Source: an uncultured virus (IMG/VR IMGVR_UViG_3300024229_000001) (taxonomy: Duplodnaviria; Heunggongvirae; Uroviricota; Caudoviricetes). Taken from it: DNA of 64,000 bases. A program made the position numbers and the translations under genes. The notes beneath the pieces are model-generated. The model did not search any database and was not told where the DNA came from. It saw nothing but the letters and a program-made list of their open reading frames with translations. The DNA lies in the IMG/VR virus record IMGVR_UViG_3300024229_000001, one strand, 5' to 3'. The stretch's first letter is position 1. Every line of letters begins with the position of its first letter. Of this stretch, positions 36,727-47,670 are shown piece by piece.

Positions 36727-37437
36727 ATGGCTGCAACATTAACATTAAGATCTGTAAAAGGAATACCTCTTACTAATACTGAGGTAGATGATAATTTTAC
36801 TAACTTAAATACCGAAATTTCTACTTTAGAAACAGATGTAGGTACATTACAAACAGATGTAAGTACTGCTGAAAGCAATATTACTACTTTACAGGGCGAA
36901 GTTGCTGCCTTAGAAACAGCAACAGGAGATAATCTAGCAGAAACAGTTTCTGATATTATTGGCACTATGGTAACAGGTAATAGTGAATCTGGTATTAATG
37001 TTACGTATCAAGATCTTGATAATACTTTAGATTTTGACGTTGGTGATTTTACTTTAACAATTAATGGTGATGCAGCGGGATCTGCTACTATTACGAATTT
37101 AGCAAGTCAGACTTTGACTTTAGATATTTCTTCTATTACTGGCAACTTATCGGTAAGTGGTGATGTTGAAGCAGCCAACTTTAACACTACATCTGATATT
37201 GCCCTTAAAGAAAATTTAAATATTATTGATTCACCATTATCAAAAATTGAACAATTAAATGGTTATACATTTAATTGGAAAGAAAATAAAAAAGATGCAA
37301 TTGGGATTGTTGCTCAAGAAGTTGAGAAAGTATTCCCAGAATTAGTTGTTGCTGGTAAAGACGGAGTTAAACGTGTTAACTACGATTCTCTTATTCCAGT
37401 AATGTTAGAAGCAATTAAAGAATTAGCGAAACGCTAA
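36727..37437 (+). CDS. Fibre protein with C-terminal peptidase S74 (intramolecular chaperone)
   Basis: LT..EVDDNF N-terminus, coiled coil, TSD..LKEN...GIVAQEVE...VNY...EAIKEL. Confidence 0.8.
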   Translation: MAATLTLRSVKGIPLTNTEVDDNFTNLNTEISTLETDVGTLQTDVSTAESNITTLQGEVAALETATGDNLAETVSDIIGTMVTGNSESGINVTYQDLDNTLDFDVGDFTLTINGDAAGSATITNLASQTLTLDISSITGNLSVSGDVEAANFNTTSDIALKENLNIIDSPLSKIEQLNGYTFNWKENKKDAIGIVAQEVEKVFPELVVAGKDGVKRVNYDSLIPVMLEAIKELAKR

Positions 37438-37458
37438 TAGTTCATAAGGAGAACGAAG

Positions 37459-38976
37459 ATGGCGATTAAAGTATCAGGCACTACGGTTATTGACGATGCT
37501 CGTGCCTTACAAAACATAACAGATATTCCGAATCTAGCGAAAGCAATATCTATTGAAGCACCGGCAAATGGCTCTACAGACACCGCAACAGGTAGATATC
37601 TCACAATTGATGTTTCACCATATTTAGCGATTTTTGGTGTTTCATCGGCTTTAGAGGTTCAATTAGATAATAATAGTGATATGAGTTCACCGTTTTACGA
37701 TGAAGAAACCACTACTTCAGGTTCTGAAATATCTATTGACTCAACAGTACATTCAATTCCAGTAGGAACAACAATTTACGTAAGAGCGCGATATAAAGAT
37801 ACAGACGGTGCTTTTGGAAGTTATTCTCCTATTTCAAGCTTTACTTCTAGAGCATCATTCGATTACCCAAACCAACCGTCAATTACTTCAGCAAGTTCAG
37901 GTCTCGATATAAATCCAACGTTCACTTCATCGGCATTTAGTACAACTGGTGGAAGTACGACACATACATCTTCTAGTTGGCAGGTTGCACAAGATGCCAC
38001 ATTTAATTCAATTATCGATCAAGGCGTTGAACTCAGCGGCAACTTGACGTCATGGGGACCAGGATCTGCTTTGAATTACTCGTCAACTTATTATGTAAGA
38101 GTAAAGCACCACTCTTCAACATTAGGCGATTCTGATTGGTCAGCTAGCCAAACGATCACGACTGGACTTGCGCCTGGTGAAGAAGTTTATACGACTCCAG
38201 GAACTTATAGTTGGGTTCCAACAAATGATGTGAATTGTAGCGCTGTAGCTGTTGGTGGCGGTGGCGGTGGCGTAGGTCCGGTGCACGATAATTGTGGTGC
38301 TGCCGGCGGTGCGTGTTCATGGATCAATAACTTTTCAGCTACTGGTGGACAAGGGTATACTGTCACAGTTGGTGCAGGTGGTTCTGTGGGCACTTCTGGC
38401 GGAAATAGCTCGTTTAACGGGAATGCCACCTGCTATGCTGGCGGTGGCTATGCAGCGCCGGGCTCGGGTAATGGCGCAAACTCGGCGGCGCTATACAACA
38501 CCGCGCGGTTTGGTGATGGCGGCGGTGATGGCGGCGGCTTGAATAATGGTTCTAGATCTGGAGCAGGTGGAGCAGGTGGTTATACTGGCCAAGGTGGAGT
38601 TGGTCAAGAAACGGACACCAACCCAACCAATAACCCTGCTACCGGAGGCGGTGGAGGCGCAGGTTTCAACATAAATAACTTCGGCGCTTGGGCCGGCGGC
38701 GGTGTTGGCATTTTTGGTGAAGGGACTTCCGGGGCAAGCGGGACAACCAACAGTGGAGCTGGCAAAGGTGGTTCAGGCGGCGCTGGTGGCTTACCATCTG
38801 GATCTGGGCGGCATAACCAAATACCGAATGGTGGGGCGTATGGTGGTGGCGCTGGATCAGCTGGAACTGGCGGCTATGGAACTGTTCCTCCCAATGGAGG
38901 CCAAGGCGGTGGCGGCGCTGTCAGAATTATGTGGGGCGGCGGCCGCACTTTTCCAAACAATGCTGATGCGGTTTAA
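37459..38976 (+). CDS. Glycine-rich tail fibre / receptor-binding protein
   Basis: MAIKVSGTTVIDD start, FN3-like repeats, YTTPGTYSW...VGGGGGG glycine-rich domain. Confidence 0.8.
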   Translation: MAIKVSGTTVIDDARALQNITDIPNLAKAISIEAPANGSTDTATGRYLTIDVSPYLAIFGVSSALEVQLDNNSDMSSPFYDEETTTSGSEISIDSTVHSIPVGTTIYVRARYKDTDGAFGSYSPISSFTSRASFDYPNQPSITSASSGLDINPTFTSSAFSTTGGSTTHTSSSWQVAQDATFNSIIDQGVELSGNLTSWGPGSALNYSSTYYVRVKHHSSTLGDSDWSASQTITTGLAPGEEVYTTPGTYSWVPTNDVNCSAVAVGGGGGGVGPVHDNCGAAGGACSWINNFSATGGQGYTVTVGAGGSVGTSGGNSSFNGNATCYAGGGYAAPGSGNGANSAALYNTARFGDGGGDGGGLNNGSRSGAGGAGGYTGQGGVGQETDTNPTNNPATGGGGGAGFNINNFGAWAGGGVGIFGEGTSGASGTTNSGAGKGGSGGAGGLPSGSGRHNQIPNGGAYGGGAGSAGTGGYGTVPPNGGQGGGGAVRIMWGGGRTFPNNADAV

Positions 38977-38988
38977 GGAGATACTCTA

Positions 38989-39639
38989 ATGCAATTGTAT
39001 GTAAAAATAGAAAATAACTTAGCAGTAAATTACTGCGTGACCGAAAGTAATTTACGTGAATTATTTCCAGGCCAAAATATTAAAGATTCTGAAGTTTTAA
39101 CTTCTATAGGTTACGCTAAAGTTAAAACCAAAGATCGGCCGATTACTAATAATCCTGCTGAAGCTTGGGAAGAAGTTTATCCAGAAGCTGACGAAAATGG
39201 AGACTTTCATCAGCACTACAATCTTGTAACTGTAGATGCAACTGACGAAGCAATTTCTACTGCTAAGGCATCATTGAAAACTGAGAAAAAAAAGGTAACT
39301 AAAGGCTATTATGATGCTAAATCTAATAGACCATTAGTAGAATCTGGACTTGGATTTAATGTGGATGGAGGAGCATTAGATTTATTAAGCTTTAAATCTG
39401 GCAAAGCTCAAGGTCAATTAACAATTAGAGATGCTGATAACGTTACGCAAACTCTAAGTTCTGTAGATGATTATGATTTAATTATTGCAGCTATTGAAAC
39501 CGAACAACTTAGATTAATTAATAAAAAATGGGAATTAGACGATTTAGTTGAAAATGTAGACACTTCTCTAGATTTTAATGATTATAGCGATGCATTAGAT
39601 TCAGTTGCTATATATAGTTCGTCTTTTAACTCAGTATAA
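38989..39639 (+). CDS. Putative tail fibre assembly protein
   Basis: Follows the fibre gene; C-terminal IRDADN motif like DUF4376-type chaperones. Confidence 0.55.
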   Translation: MQLYVKIENNLAVNYCVTESNLRELFPGQNIKDSEVLTSIGYAKVKTKDRPITNNPAEAWEEVYPEADENGDFHQHYNLVTVDATDEAISTAKASLKTEKKKVTKGYYDAKSNRPLVESGLGFNVDGGALDLLSFKSGKAQGQLTIRDADNVTQTLSSVDDYDLIIAAIETEQLRLINKKWELDDLVENVDTSLDFNDYSDALDSVAIYSSSFNSV

Positions 39640-39659
39640 ACTTATGAGAATTAAATATT

Positions 39660-39941
39660 ATGGAAATAGATGCTAGTATTAAAAACCACTATGAACACCT
39701 TATTGAAGAATTTGGAGCTTTACCAACATTTTACGATATAAAATATCTGAATCCTAATAATAATCCTGGAATACATAAGTGTGTTCCAGGATTAACGCCA
39801 AAGCAGGCCACCGAAAGGAGCTTAGAATGGCTGTGTTATAGCACGGATTATACTCCTGAAGACTTTACAGTTAATGATGTTTTTGAAACTGAAAGCAAAG
39901 ATATGCCTTTAGAGCTTATTGAATGGTTAAAAAATCAATAA
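39660..39941 (+). CDS. Hypothetical protein
   Basis: ORF followed by a terminator. Confidence 0.6.
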   Translation: MEIDASIKNHYEHLIEEFGALPTFYDIKYLNPNNNPGIHKCVPGLTPKQATERSLEWLCYSTDYTPEDFTVNDVFETESKDMPLELIEWLKNQ

Positions 39942-39959
39942 TTTAAAAATTAATATGAC

Positions 39960-39988
39960 AAATACCCAGCTCTGCTGGGTATTTTTTT
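39960..39988 (+). terminator. Rho-independent terminator
   Basis: AAATACCCAGC-TCT-GCTGGGTATTTTTTT. Confidence 0.85.
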
Positions 39989-39999
39989 GCTTTGATTAT

Positions 40000-40042
40000 T
40001 ATAAATAGTTATATAAATCTCAATTTGAAAAAATTATAAATA
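40000..40042 (+). promoter_or_regulatory. Tandem late promoters
   Basis: TATAAATA at 40000-40007 and 40035-40042. Confidence 0.8.
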
Positions 40043-40069
40043 GATTAAACAAACTAAAGGTTTTCTATT

Positions 40070-40399
40070 ATGGCAATTTATGCGAATCTTACCGCAGATC
40101 AAGGATCCACTTTTGAATCGTCAATTGACGTGACTGGTTCTGATGGTTCTGCTCTTGATCTTACTACATATACAGTTCGAGCACAAGTTCGCAAATCTTA
40201 CAATTCTTCTACTGCTGTTGATTTTGCAACAACAAGAGATTCTTCTGGGGGCATCGGTCTTTCATTAACAGCTACTCAAACCGGTAATATGAAATATGGC
40301 CGATATGTCTATGATGTTGAAATCGAATCATCAACAGGAATAGTTTCAAGAGTACTAGAAGGACAATTAGAAATTACACCTAGAGTTACGAGACTATAA
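40070..40399 (+). CDS. Virion structural protein (BppU-N-like)
   Basis: DQGSTF, LDLTTY, GRYVYDVEI, RVLEG..P.VTR motif. Confidence 0.75.
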   Translation: MAIYANLTADQGSTFESSIDVTGSDGSALDLTTYTVRAQVRKSYNSSTAVDFATTRDSSGGIGLSLTATQTGNMKYGRYVYDVEIESSTGIVSRVLEGQLEITPRVTRL

Positions 40400-40409
40400 G
40401 GTAATATAA

Positions 40410-40772
40410 ATGGCGATTAAAGCTACAGTAAATAGAGCAAATACAGCGGCAATTGCCGCAAGGACTAGTTCTAAGAAAGAAATTCAAGCAAAATCGATCG
40501 CTGTAGGTTCTGCTGGCAGGATTCAAGATCTATCTGATGTAGATCTTGGTGATATTACAGACGGAAAAGTATTAACATATGATGCAGCTACTGGTAAGTT
40601 CAAAGGAATTGAATCAGCAAACTTTGGTAAGCAAAGGCTAAATGATTTAAACGATCTTGATGTTACTCAATTGCGACAAGGGGCAATGGTAGTTTGGGAT
40701 GAAGCAACACAGAAATGGGTAGCAAAACAAGATATCCAAGATGGTACTTCGCTAAATGGCGGTAGGTACTAA
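40410..40772 (+). CDS. Virion structural / fibre-associated protein
   Basis: Two DL.D.D...G..L.YD....KW repeats. Confidence 0.65.
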   Translation: MAIKATVNRANTAAIAARTSSKKEIQAKSIAVGSAGRIQDLSDVDLGDITDGKVLTYDAATGKFKGIESANFGKQRLNDLNDLDVTQLRQGAMVVWDEATQKWVAKQDIQDGTSLNGGRY

Positions 40773-40801
40773 CTTCATAATAATAACGGAGAGGCAATTA
40801 A

Positions 40802-42796
40802 ATGTCAACTATCATTAGAATTAAACGTTCTACCACAGCCGGTGATCCTAGTACGCTGGCTGACGGCGAACTCGCTTACTCCTCCGCCGACTCGGGTGCC
40901 GTTTCTGGTGGTGGAAGACTTTACATTGGTATTGGTGCAGAAACTGCAGGCGATGCTGCTTCCCACTTAATTATCGGTGGACAATACTTTACAGATAAAT
41001 TAGATCATGCGGATGGTACTCTTACTGCAAATTCTGCTATTACTACAGATGGTGATAATAAGATTGACATTCTAAATGTTGATAATATTACACTTAATGG
41101 TAATACAATTTCTACATCTGATCTAAACGGTAATCTTACTTTAGCACCAAATGGTACTGGTAACATTGTAGGTTCAAACAAACGTATCACAAGTGTTGCT
41201 GATCCAGTAAATGCTCAAGACGTTGTAACCAAAGCATACCTCGAAAGCAATGTCAATTTGGAATATATCCAAGATGATATTGGTGCAATGGTTGCTGGTG
41301 GTACTCAAAACGGTATTACAGTAACATACGATGATGCTGGAAACGCTATTAATTTTAATGTTGCTGACCCAACAATTACTATTGCCGGAGATGTAGCTGG
41401 TTCAGCCACAATGACTGATCTTGGTGATGTTACAATTTCGGTAACTCAGCAAGCTGACTCAGTAGATCTTGGTACTCATACAACTGGTAATTATGTTGCC
41501 TCTCTTGTTGCAGGTACAGGTGTTACCCTTTCAAATAACTCTGGTGAAACTGCAACTCCAACAGTTGAAATTGGTCAGGATGTTTCTACAACTGCTGATG
41601 TTACATTTAATAACGTAACAGTTGATGGTGTTTTAAACTCTGACGATATTACAGCTTCCACCATGACAGCTTCTGGTAACGTTATTGTTCAAGGTAACTT
41701 AACAGTAAATGGTACAACAACTACTGTTAATTCTAACCAAGTAGATATTGGTGATTCAATTCTCTTATTGAATAATGATGAAACTGGTACTCCATCGCAA
41801 AATGGTGGTTTTGAAGTTGAACGTGGTACCGCTGAAAATGTTCGTTTTGTCTGGGATGAAGCTGAAGATAAATTCTCTGCTCAGCAATATGATGGTTCTG
41901 ATTGGGTATCAATTGGTATTGTTGCTGATTCATTTAGTGGTGAAGTAACTGGTGATATTACTGGTAACCTTACAGGTAATGTAACGGGTAATCTTACGGG
42001 CGACGTAACGGGTGATGTAACTGGTGATCTTACTGGTAACGTAACTGGTAACGTAACTGGCAATGTTACAGGCGATGTAACTGGTGATCTTACTGGTAAT
42101 GCTGATACCGCTACAACTTGGGAAACAGCCAGAAATCTAACAATTTCTGGTGATGCAACAGCTACATTCTCAAGTGTAGATGGTAGCGCAAATGTTAATG
42201 CAGCTCTTACTCTTGCGAATACTGGTGTAGCTGCTGGATCATATGGCTCAGCTACAGAAATTCCAACATTTACTGTTGATACAAAAGGTAGACTATCTGC
42301 TGCAGGTATTGTATCTGTTGCAACTGCATTAGATATTACTGATGGTACAAATAATAATACTGTTGATCTACTGTCTGATACATTAACATTTACTGGTGGT
42401 ACTGGTTTAACCTCAACTGTTGGTACTGATGAAGTTACCTTTACTCTTGATGATACAGCGGTATCTGCTGGTTCTTATGGTAATGCAACTACTATCTCAA
42501 CATTCACTGTAGATGCACAAGGTAGATTAACAGCTGCTGGTACAACAGCAATTAATATTCCATCTACCCAGATTAATGACTTTACCGAAGCTGCTCAAGA
42601 CGCAATGGGGTCAGCAATTAGTGCAGGTGGTCAAACAAACATTACGGTATCTTATGATGATGCGAATAGCGCTGTTGATTACGCAGTAGCAACCGCTACA
42701 ACATCAGTTAAAGGTGTTGCATCATTTACAAGCGATAACTTCACGGTAGCAGCCGGATCTGTGTCTATAAATAATGTTGATGGTGGATCATATTAA
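40802..42796 (+). CDS. Tail fibre protein
   Basis: I.IKRS...P..LADGELAY N-terminus; GNLTVNGTTTTVNS; (GD/NV/LT)n repeat; AGSYG...TFTVD..GRL knots. Confidence 0.8.
   Translation: MSTIIRIKRSTTAGDPSTLADGELAYSSADSGAVSGGGRLYIGIGAETAGDAASHLIIGGQYFTDKLDHADGTLTANSAITTDGDNKIDILNVDNITLNGNTISTSDLNGNLTLAPNGTGNIVGSNKRITSVADPVNAQDVVTKAYLESNVNLEYIQDDIGAMVAGGTQNGITVTYDDAGNAINFNVADPTITIAGDVAGSATMTDLGDVTISVTQQADSVDLGTHTTGNYVASLVAGTGVTLSNNSGETATPTVEIGQDVSTTADVTFNNVTVDGVLNSDDITASTMTASGNVIVQGNLTVNGTTTTVNSNQVDIGDSILLLNNDETGTPSQNGGFEVERGTAENVRFVWDEAEDKFSAQQYDGSDWVSIGIVADSFSGEVTGDITGNLTGNVTGNLTGDVTGDVTGDLTGNVTGNVTGNVTGDVTGDLTGNADTATTWETARNLTISGDATATFSSVDGSANVNAALTLANTGVAAGSYGSATEIPTFTVDTKGRLSAAGIVSVATALDITDGTNNNTVDLLSDTLTFTGGTGLTSTVGTDEVTFTLDDTAVSAGSYGNATTISTFTVDAQGRLTAAGTTAINIPSTQINDFTEAAQDAMGSAISAGGQTNITVSYDDANSAVDYAVATATTSVKGVASFTSDNFTVAAGSVSINNVDGGSY
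41938..42100 (+). repeat. 12-bp coding tandem repeat (GDVT/GNVT/GNLT)
   Basis: About 13 tetrapeptide units in the fibre ORF. Confidence 0.85.
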
Positions 42797-42814
42797 TTAA
42801 AGGTCTAAGACGTT

Positions 42815-43378
42815 ATGTCTACAGCGATTAAGCTAAAAAGAAGTACTACACAAGGTTCAACTCCCACAACAGCTAACTTAGCTGAAGGGGAGTTAGCCCT
42901 TAATGTATATGACGGTAAGCTATTTTTTAAGAAAGATAATGGTACTGCCTCTATTGTTTCATTAGAAGCATATGACGCAAACAATCCATTACCTACTGAA
43001 AAAGGTGGCTTAGGTCAAGGGTTTACTCCTGGTTCGGGCCAAATTCCAATTGGTAACGCCGCTGGCGGATTTACTCTTAATAGAATTTTAGGTGGCAGTG
43101 GAATTCAAGTATCGAGTTCTGCAGGCCAAGTCGAAATTTCTTATAATGGTGAAAATACTTCTTCTGCTGCCTTTGCTCCACAAGCTAGGACTGATCTTGG
43201 GTTTGTTTATGAAGCAGCTTCTGCTCAGGACGACGAAGATCTTGGAATAGTGGATGAAACTACAACGTTAAGATACGACCTTGGTTCATTGCAACTTGAC
43301 GGTATCGTATCACTATCAAATATTGACCAATCGGTGAAAGCTGATTATATTGGTTATTCAATTATTTTCGGATTTTAA
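42815..43378 (+). CDS. Fibre-related protein
   Basis: IKLKRS...P...LAEGELALN..DGKLF N-terminus; late promoter at 42766-42773. Confidence 0.7.
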   Translation: MSTAIKLKRSTTQGSTPTTANLAEGELALNVYDGKLFFKKDNGTASIVSLEAYDANNPLPTEKGGLGQGFTPGSGQIPIGNAAGGFTLNRILGGSGIQVSSSAGQVEISYNGENTSSAAFAPQARTDLGFVYEAASAQDDEDLGIVDETTTLRYDLGSLQLDGIVSLSNIDQSVKADYIGYSIIFGF

Positions 43379-43393
43379 AAGGATTACTATAAT

Positions 43394-46255
43394 ATGGCAC
43401 GCCAGTTAGTTGAAAAATATATCTTTGCTCCAGATGCTGCAGGACTTGGAACTGTTAAATTTCCAGGAAAAGTTGATGAAACTCAACTTTTAATTATTGC
43501 GAATAAAACAACCCAAGAAAACATTTATGCGATTGGTGATCCAACACGTACTGGCTCAGTTTCGTACGATGCATCAGATAACGATACATTTTTCTCAGAA
43601 CAAGATGGCGTAACAACAGTAACTCTTTCTAAAGATACTTCAACCATGTTGAGTAGTCATAAGATTGCTGTTTATACAGACGCTCCGCGACAAGTTGGTA
43701 ATATCATCCGCCCATACGCATTTGGTGTTGATGCCGTAGAACGTATGAGAGTAGCTCAACCACAATCACTTATTGATGCTGACTTTGAATACGGTCTACA
43801 AACAACTAAATGGCAAAACTACGCTAACATTAGAGGAATTCCAGGCATTTTTGAAAAACCTGGTCTTGACTTGTTCTTAGATGATGTTGTTTCTAATGGC
43901 GCATCTCCTTCAGAAATTACTGTTACAACAACGGCTCCTCACGAACTAAATGTCAATGATCCAATCTTTATCTATGGATTAGGCAACACATCAGACTATG
44001 CCCGTGCTGAAGGTTCTTTTGTAATTACTGAAGTGTCAGATTCAACTACCTTTAAATTTATTGCAAAAGGTATTGTTGGTACTAATGGATTATCAATTGC
44101 AACTGGTATTACGTACGCAAGACGTGGTGGTTTCTATACCGGAGCTTCTTTGCCTATTTCATCAATTGCTTCCGATGGAGGAAACCCATCTGTAATTACT
44201 ATAACGTGTTCGGCTAATCATGGCCTTGTTCCAGGTGCTCCACTTATTTCTATTGTAACATCTGCAGGTACAAGACACAATCTCGTTACAGGTAACTTCT
44301 TTGCTGAAGAAGTTCCATCGCCAACGACCTTTAAGTTTACTGCTCGAGTTGGTGGTGATGTTGATAATGGTACTACTATTACTTCAGATATTTTCTTAAG
44401 AACTGATGCGTTTGTTCTACATAGACCTTTTGATGGTGGTGTTCAATTAGGGAACTTTGTTCCATCTCACGGTGCTTCTATTTCAAGACAAACTAAGAAA
44501 TACATGAGATATCAATCCGGTAAAGGTGTTCTTTGGACATCAGGTGTATCTCTTAATCCAGTTCTCAACCTTGACCAAATTCATGCCGATGGTACAGCTC
44601 CAGGATCTGCAATTACTGTTTCAACAGAATTAGATCATGGTCTTCAAGTTGGAGCTGAAGTTACAATTGATGGTGTAGTTACCGAAGGCTATAATGGTTC
44701 ATATGGTGTAAATACAATTACATCTGAAAATGAATTTACTGTAGTTGCTTCAGCAACATTGGGATCTTCAACTGCTGTTATTACAACTAAGCCAAGAGTA
44801 ACTATTAAGAAATGGCACGGTGCTTCAGTTCGAGTTGGACCATTCGATGATCAAAACGGATTGTTTTGGGAATTTGATGGCCAAGAACTTTCAGTAGTTC
44901 GTAGAGCTTCTACATTCCAAATTTCAGGATTTATTGATGTTGTATCTGGTTCTCAGGCAGTAACAGGTACTAATTGTAGATTTACTCAACAGCTTAAAGT
45001 TGGCGATAACGTAGTTATTCGCGGTATGACTTATAAAGTTGGTACTATTACTGATGATAACAACTTAACGATTAACCCTGAATATCGCGGTGTAAGTAAT
45101 TCATCCGGTATTAAAATGGCTGCTGTCGTAGACCATAGGGTTAAACAATCAGAATTTAATATTGATAAATTAGATGGAACTGGTATTTCTGGTTACAATC
45201 TAAACTTAAATAAAATGCAAATGCTTGGGATTTCGTTCTCATGGTATGGTGCTGGCTTTATCGACTTTATGTGTCGCGGCCCAGATGGTAACATGATTCT
45301 TGCCCATAGAGCAAAACAAAATAACGTTAACGATGAAGCATATATGCGTTCTGGTAACACTGCGGTTCGTTATCAATCGATTAACGAATCTGCTATTGAC
45401 TCATTAACATCTACAATTTCAGCTGCAGCAACAAGTATCCCATTGAGTGATGCTTCTAGATTCCCAACTTCTGGTACTGTTCTAATTGAGAATGAATGTA
45501 TTAATTACACTGGTAAATCTCAAAATACATTAACTGGTTGTACAAGAGGTGCAACATTTACGCTATTCATTGGTGGTACTAATAAAGACTTTACGGGTGG
45601 AAGCGCTGCTTCTCACGCTGTAGGGAATGGGAATACTGCTGTAACACTTGTTTCATGTACGGCATCTCCAACACTGAACCACTGGGGTTCATCATATATT
45701 ATGGATGGTGGGTTCGATACAGATCGTGGTTATTACTTTAACTACTCAGCATTGAATAACACAATTGCTGCTGGATCTGATGCATCAGTATTCTTTGTAA
45801 GATTGGCCCCTGCAGTAAGTAACTCTATTGCTGGTAATCTAGGTGAACGTGATTTGCTAAACCGTTCATCTATGCTTCTACAAAAATTACAAGTTCAATC
45901 TTCACAAGCTGTACAAGTTTACGGTATTTTGAATCCAGGTAATATTAATTCAGGCACTCTTACATGGCAATCAGTTAACACTGTTGCATTAGGATCTCAG
46001 CCTTCATTTGCTCAAATTTCAACCAGCAGTTCTACAACAGCTACTCCAGGCGAACAGATTTTTGCTACATTGGGACAACCTAATGGTTTTTCTGAAATTG
46101 ACCTTTCAAATCTGAAAGAATTATCAAACTCAGCGATTGGTGGTTATAATAACTTCCCTGATGGCCCTGACGTTTTAGCAATTGTTGTAAATAATTTATC
46201 ATCTAGTAGCGCAGATGTTAACTTAAACTTATTCTGGTCAGAAGCGCAAGCATAA
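43394..46255 (+). CDS. Virion structural protein (953 aa)
   Basis: Three T...H.L..G...I.G repeats; SLIDADFEYGLQ.TKW and RYQSGKG motifs of T4-like marine phages. Confidence 0.75.
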   Translation: MARQLVEKYIFAPDAAGLGTVKFPGKVDETQLLIIANKTTQENIYAIGDPTRTGSVSYDASDNDTFFSEQDGVTTVTLSKDTSTMLSSHKIAVYTDAPRQVGNIIRPYAFGVDAVERMRVAQPQSLIDADFEYGLQTTKWQNYANIRGIPGIFEKPGLDLFLDDVVSNGASPSEITVTTTAPHELNVNDPIFIYGLGNTSDYARAEGSFVITEVSDSTTFKFIAKGIVGTNGLSIATGITYARRGGFYTGASLPISSIASDGGNPSVITITCSANHGLVPGAPLISIVTSAGTRHNLVTGNFFAEEVPSPTTFKFTARVGGDVDNGTTITSDIFLRTDAFVLHRPFDGGVQLGNFVPSHGASISRQTKKYMRYQSGKGVLWTSGVSLNPVLNLDQIHADGTAPGSAITVSTELDHGLQVGAEVTIDGVVTEGYNGSYGVNTITSENEFTVVASATLGSSTAVITTKPRVTIKKWHGASVRVGPFDDQNGLFWEFDGQELSVVRRASTFQISGFIDVVSGSQAVTGTNCRFTQQLKVGDNVVIRGMTYKVGTITDDNNLTINPEYRGVSNSSGIKMAAVVDHRVKQSEFNIDKLDGTGISGYNLNLNKMQMLGISFSWYGAGFIDFMCRGPDGNMILAHRAKQNNVNDEAYMRSGNTAVRYQSINESAIDSLTSTISAAATSIPLSDASRFPTSGTVLIENECINYTGKSQNTLTGCTRGATFTLFIGGTNKDFTGGSAASHAVGNGNTAVTLVSCTASPTLNHWGSSYIMDGGFDTDRGYYFNYSALNNTIAAGSDASVFFVRLAPAVSNSIAGNLGERDLLNRSSMLLQKLQVQSSQAVQVYGILNPGNINSGTLTWQSVNTVALGSQPSFAQISTSSSTTATPGEQIFATLGQPNGFSEIDLSNLKELSNSAIGGYNNFPDGPDVLAIVVNNLSSSSADVNLNLFWSEAQA

Positions 46256-46282
46256 ATAGAATAAAGATTTAGAGGAAAAATA

Positions 46283-47620
46283 ATGGCAACTCAGGTACAG
46301 TTTAGACGAGGCACCACAACGCAAAACAATGCGTTTACTGGCGCGATTGGTGAAATTACATATGATACAGAAATTGAAACACTAAGGCTACATGATGGAT
46401 CTACTGCCGGTGGCGGTGCAATTATTGCTACTACCACTGCTAGCCAGACACTTTTAAATAAAGTATTAAGTACTGGATCTTCTTGGGAAGGTGGTATTAT
46501 TGATCTTGCTTATGGTGGTACAGGAGCTGCATTAACCGCGGATGCTGGTGGCATCGTTTATTCAACTTCAGATGCAATGGGTATTTCCTCGGTCGGCGCA
46601 TCTGGTCAAGTTCTTACTTCTGGTGGAACGAATGCGCCTACTTGGGTAAATGCTTCTGCTCTTACTGTTGGTACCTCTACAACAGCTACTTCTGCGGAAA
46701 ATATTGAAGGTGGTTCTTCTGGTTATCTAGTTTATCAAATTTCGGAAGATAATACTGGATTTATTACACCAGGGCAATCTGGGTTTGTTTTAAGATCCAC
46801 AGGTGCTTCTACAGCGCCTAACTGGGTAACATCTGCTATTACTATTGGTACAACCGAATTGCAAGTTGGAGATACTGGTGATACATTTAGTGGTTTAGAT
46901 GAATTAAATTCTATTGGCACAAGCCATTGGACAATCCCAGCCGGTACTACTGCTCAAAGGCCGAGTACTCCAGCCGATGGTCAAATTAGATATAACTCTA
47001 CAATCTCTAGTTTTGAGGGTTATGGTCCAGGTAACGCATGGGGATCATTGGGTGGTGTAAAAGATGTTGACCAAGACACTTACATTACGACAGAAACATC
47101 GGCTGGATCCGACGAAGATACCTTTACCTTTTATAACGCAGGATCGTCTTCATTAACCTTAAGTTCTACTGCGTTCACTGTAGCGAATGGTATTGATACT
47201 ACTTTAAATGGTGCTCTTACTGTACAGGGCAATTTAACAGTTAATGGTACAACAACTACTCTTAATTCTACAACATTAGAAATCGATGATAAAAACATCG
47301 TATTGGCTTCAGGAGCAGCAAATGCAGCTGCAGCAGATGGAGCTGGTATTACTATCGATGGGGCAAATGCAACAATTTTATATGATGCTAGTGAAGATAA
47401 GTTTTCATACAGCAAAGGTGTAAAATATAATGGCGAAATTGAATATGACAATCCAGTCACATATACTTCTCCATTCCAATATTATGCAACAACAGTAGCC
47501 ACAGATACTACTTTAACTGGTGTTTCAGGTTATGAAATCAGATCAGGCTCTAGCATTATTAATATAACTGCTGGGCAAACACTAACTATTTCCGCTGGCA
47601 CTTCTGTTACAATTGGATAA
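46283..47620 (+). CDS. Tail fibre protein (Mtd-N-like start)
   Basis: QVQFRRGTT.....FTGA.GEITYD...L..HDG...GG; P.GTTAQRP...IRYN module. Confidence 0.75.
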   Translation: MATQVQFRRGTTTQNNAFTGAIGEITYDTEIETLRLHDGSTAGGGAIIATTTASQTLLNKVLSTGSSWEGGIIDLAYGGTGAALTADAGGIVYSTSDAMGISSVGASGQVLTSGGTNAPTWVNASALTVGTSTTATSAENIEGGSSGYLVYQISEDNTGFITPGQSGFVLRSTGASTAPNWVTSAITIGTTELQVGDTGDTFSGLDELNSIGTSHWTIPAGTTAQRPSTPADGQIRYNSTISSFEGYGPGNAWGSLGGVKDVDQDTYITTETSAGSDEDTFTFYNAGSSSLTLSSTAFTVANGIDTTLNGALTVQGNLTVNGTTTTLNSTTLEIDDKNIVLASGAANAAAADGAGITIDGANATILYDASEDKFSYSKGVKYNGEIEYDNPVTYTSPFQYYATTVATDTTLTGVSGYEIRSGSSIINITAGQTLTISAGTSVTIG

Positions 47621-47670
47621 CGGTATAAATAGATTAGACAATAAACGTTTTATTAAAGGATAGGAAAAAT

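Noticed and set aside
41938..42100. Tandem repeats as a possible CRISPR or guide array
   Set aside because: In-frame 12-bp coding repeats without unique spacers; no cas genes
42815..47620. Mtd-like N-termini suggesting a diversity-generating retroelement
   Set aside because: No reverse transcriptase and no TR/VR pair with adenine-specific mismatches seen in the window
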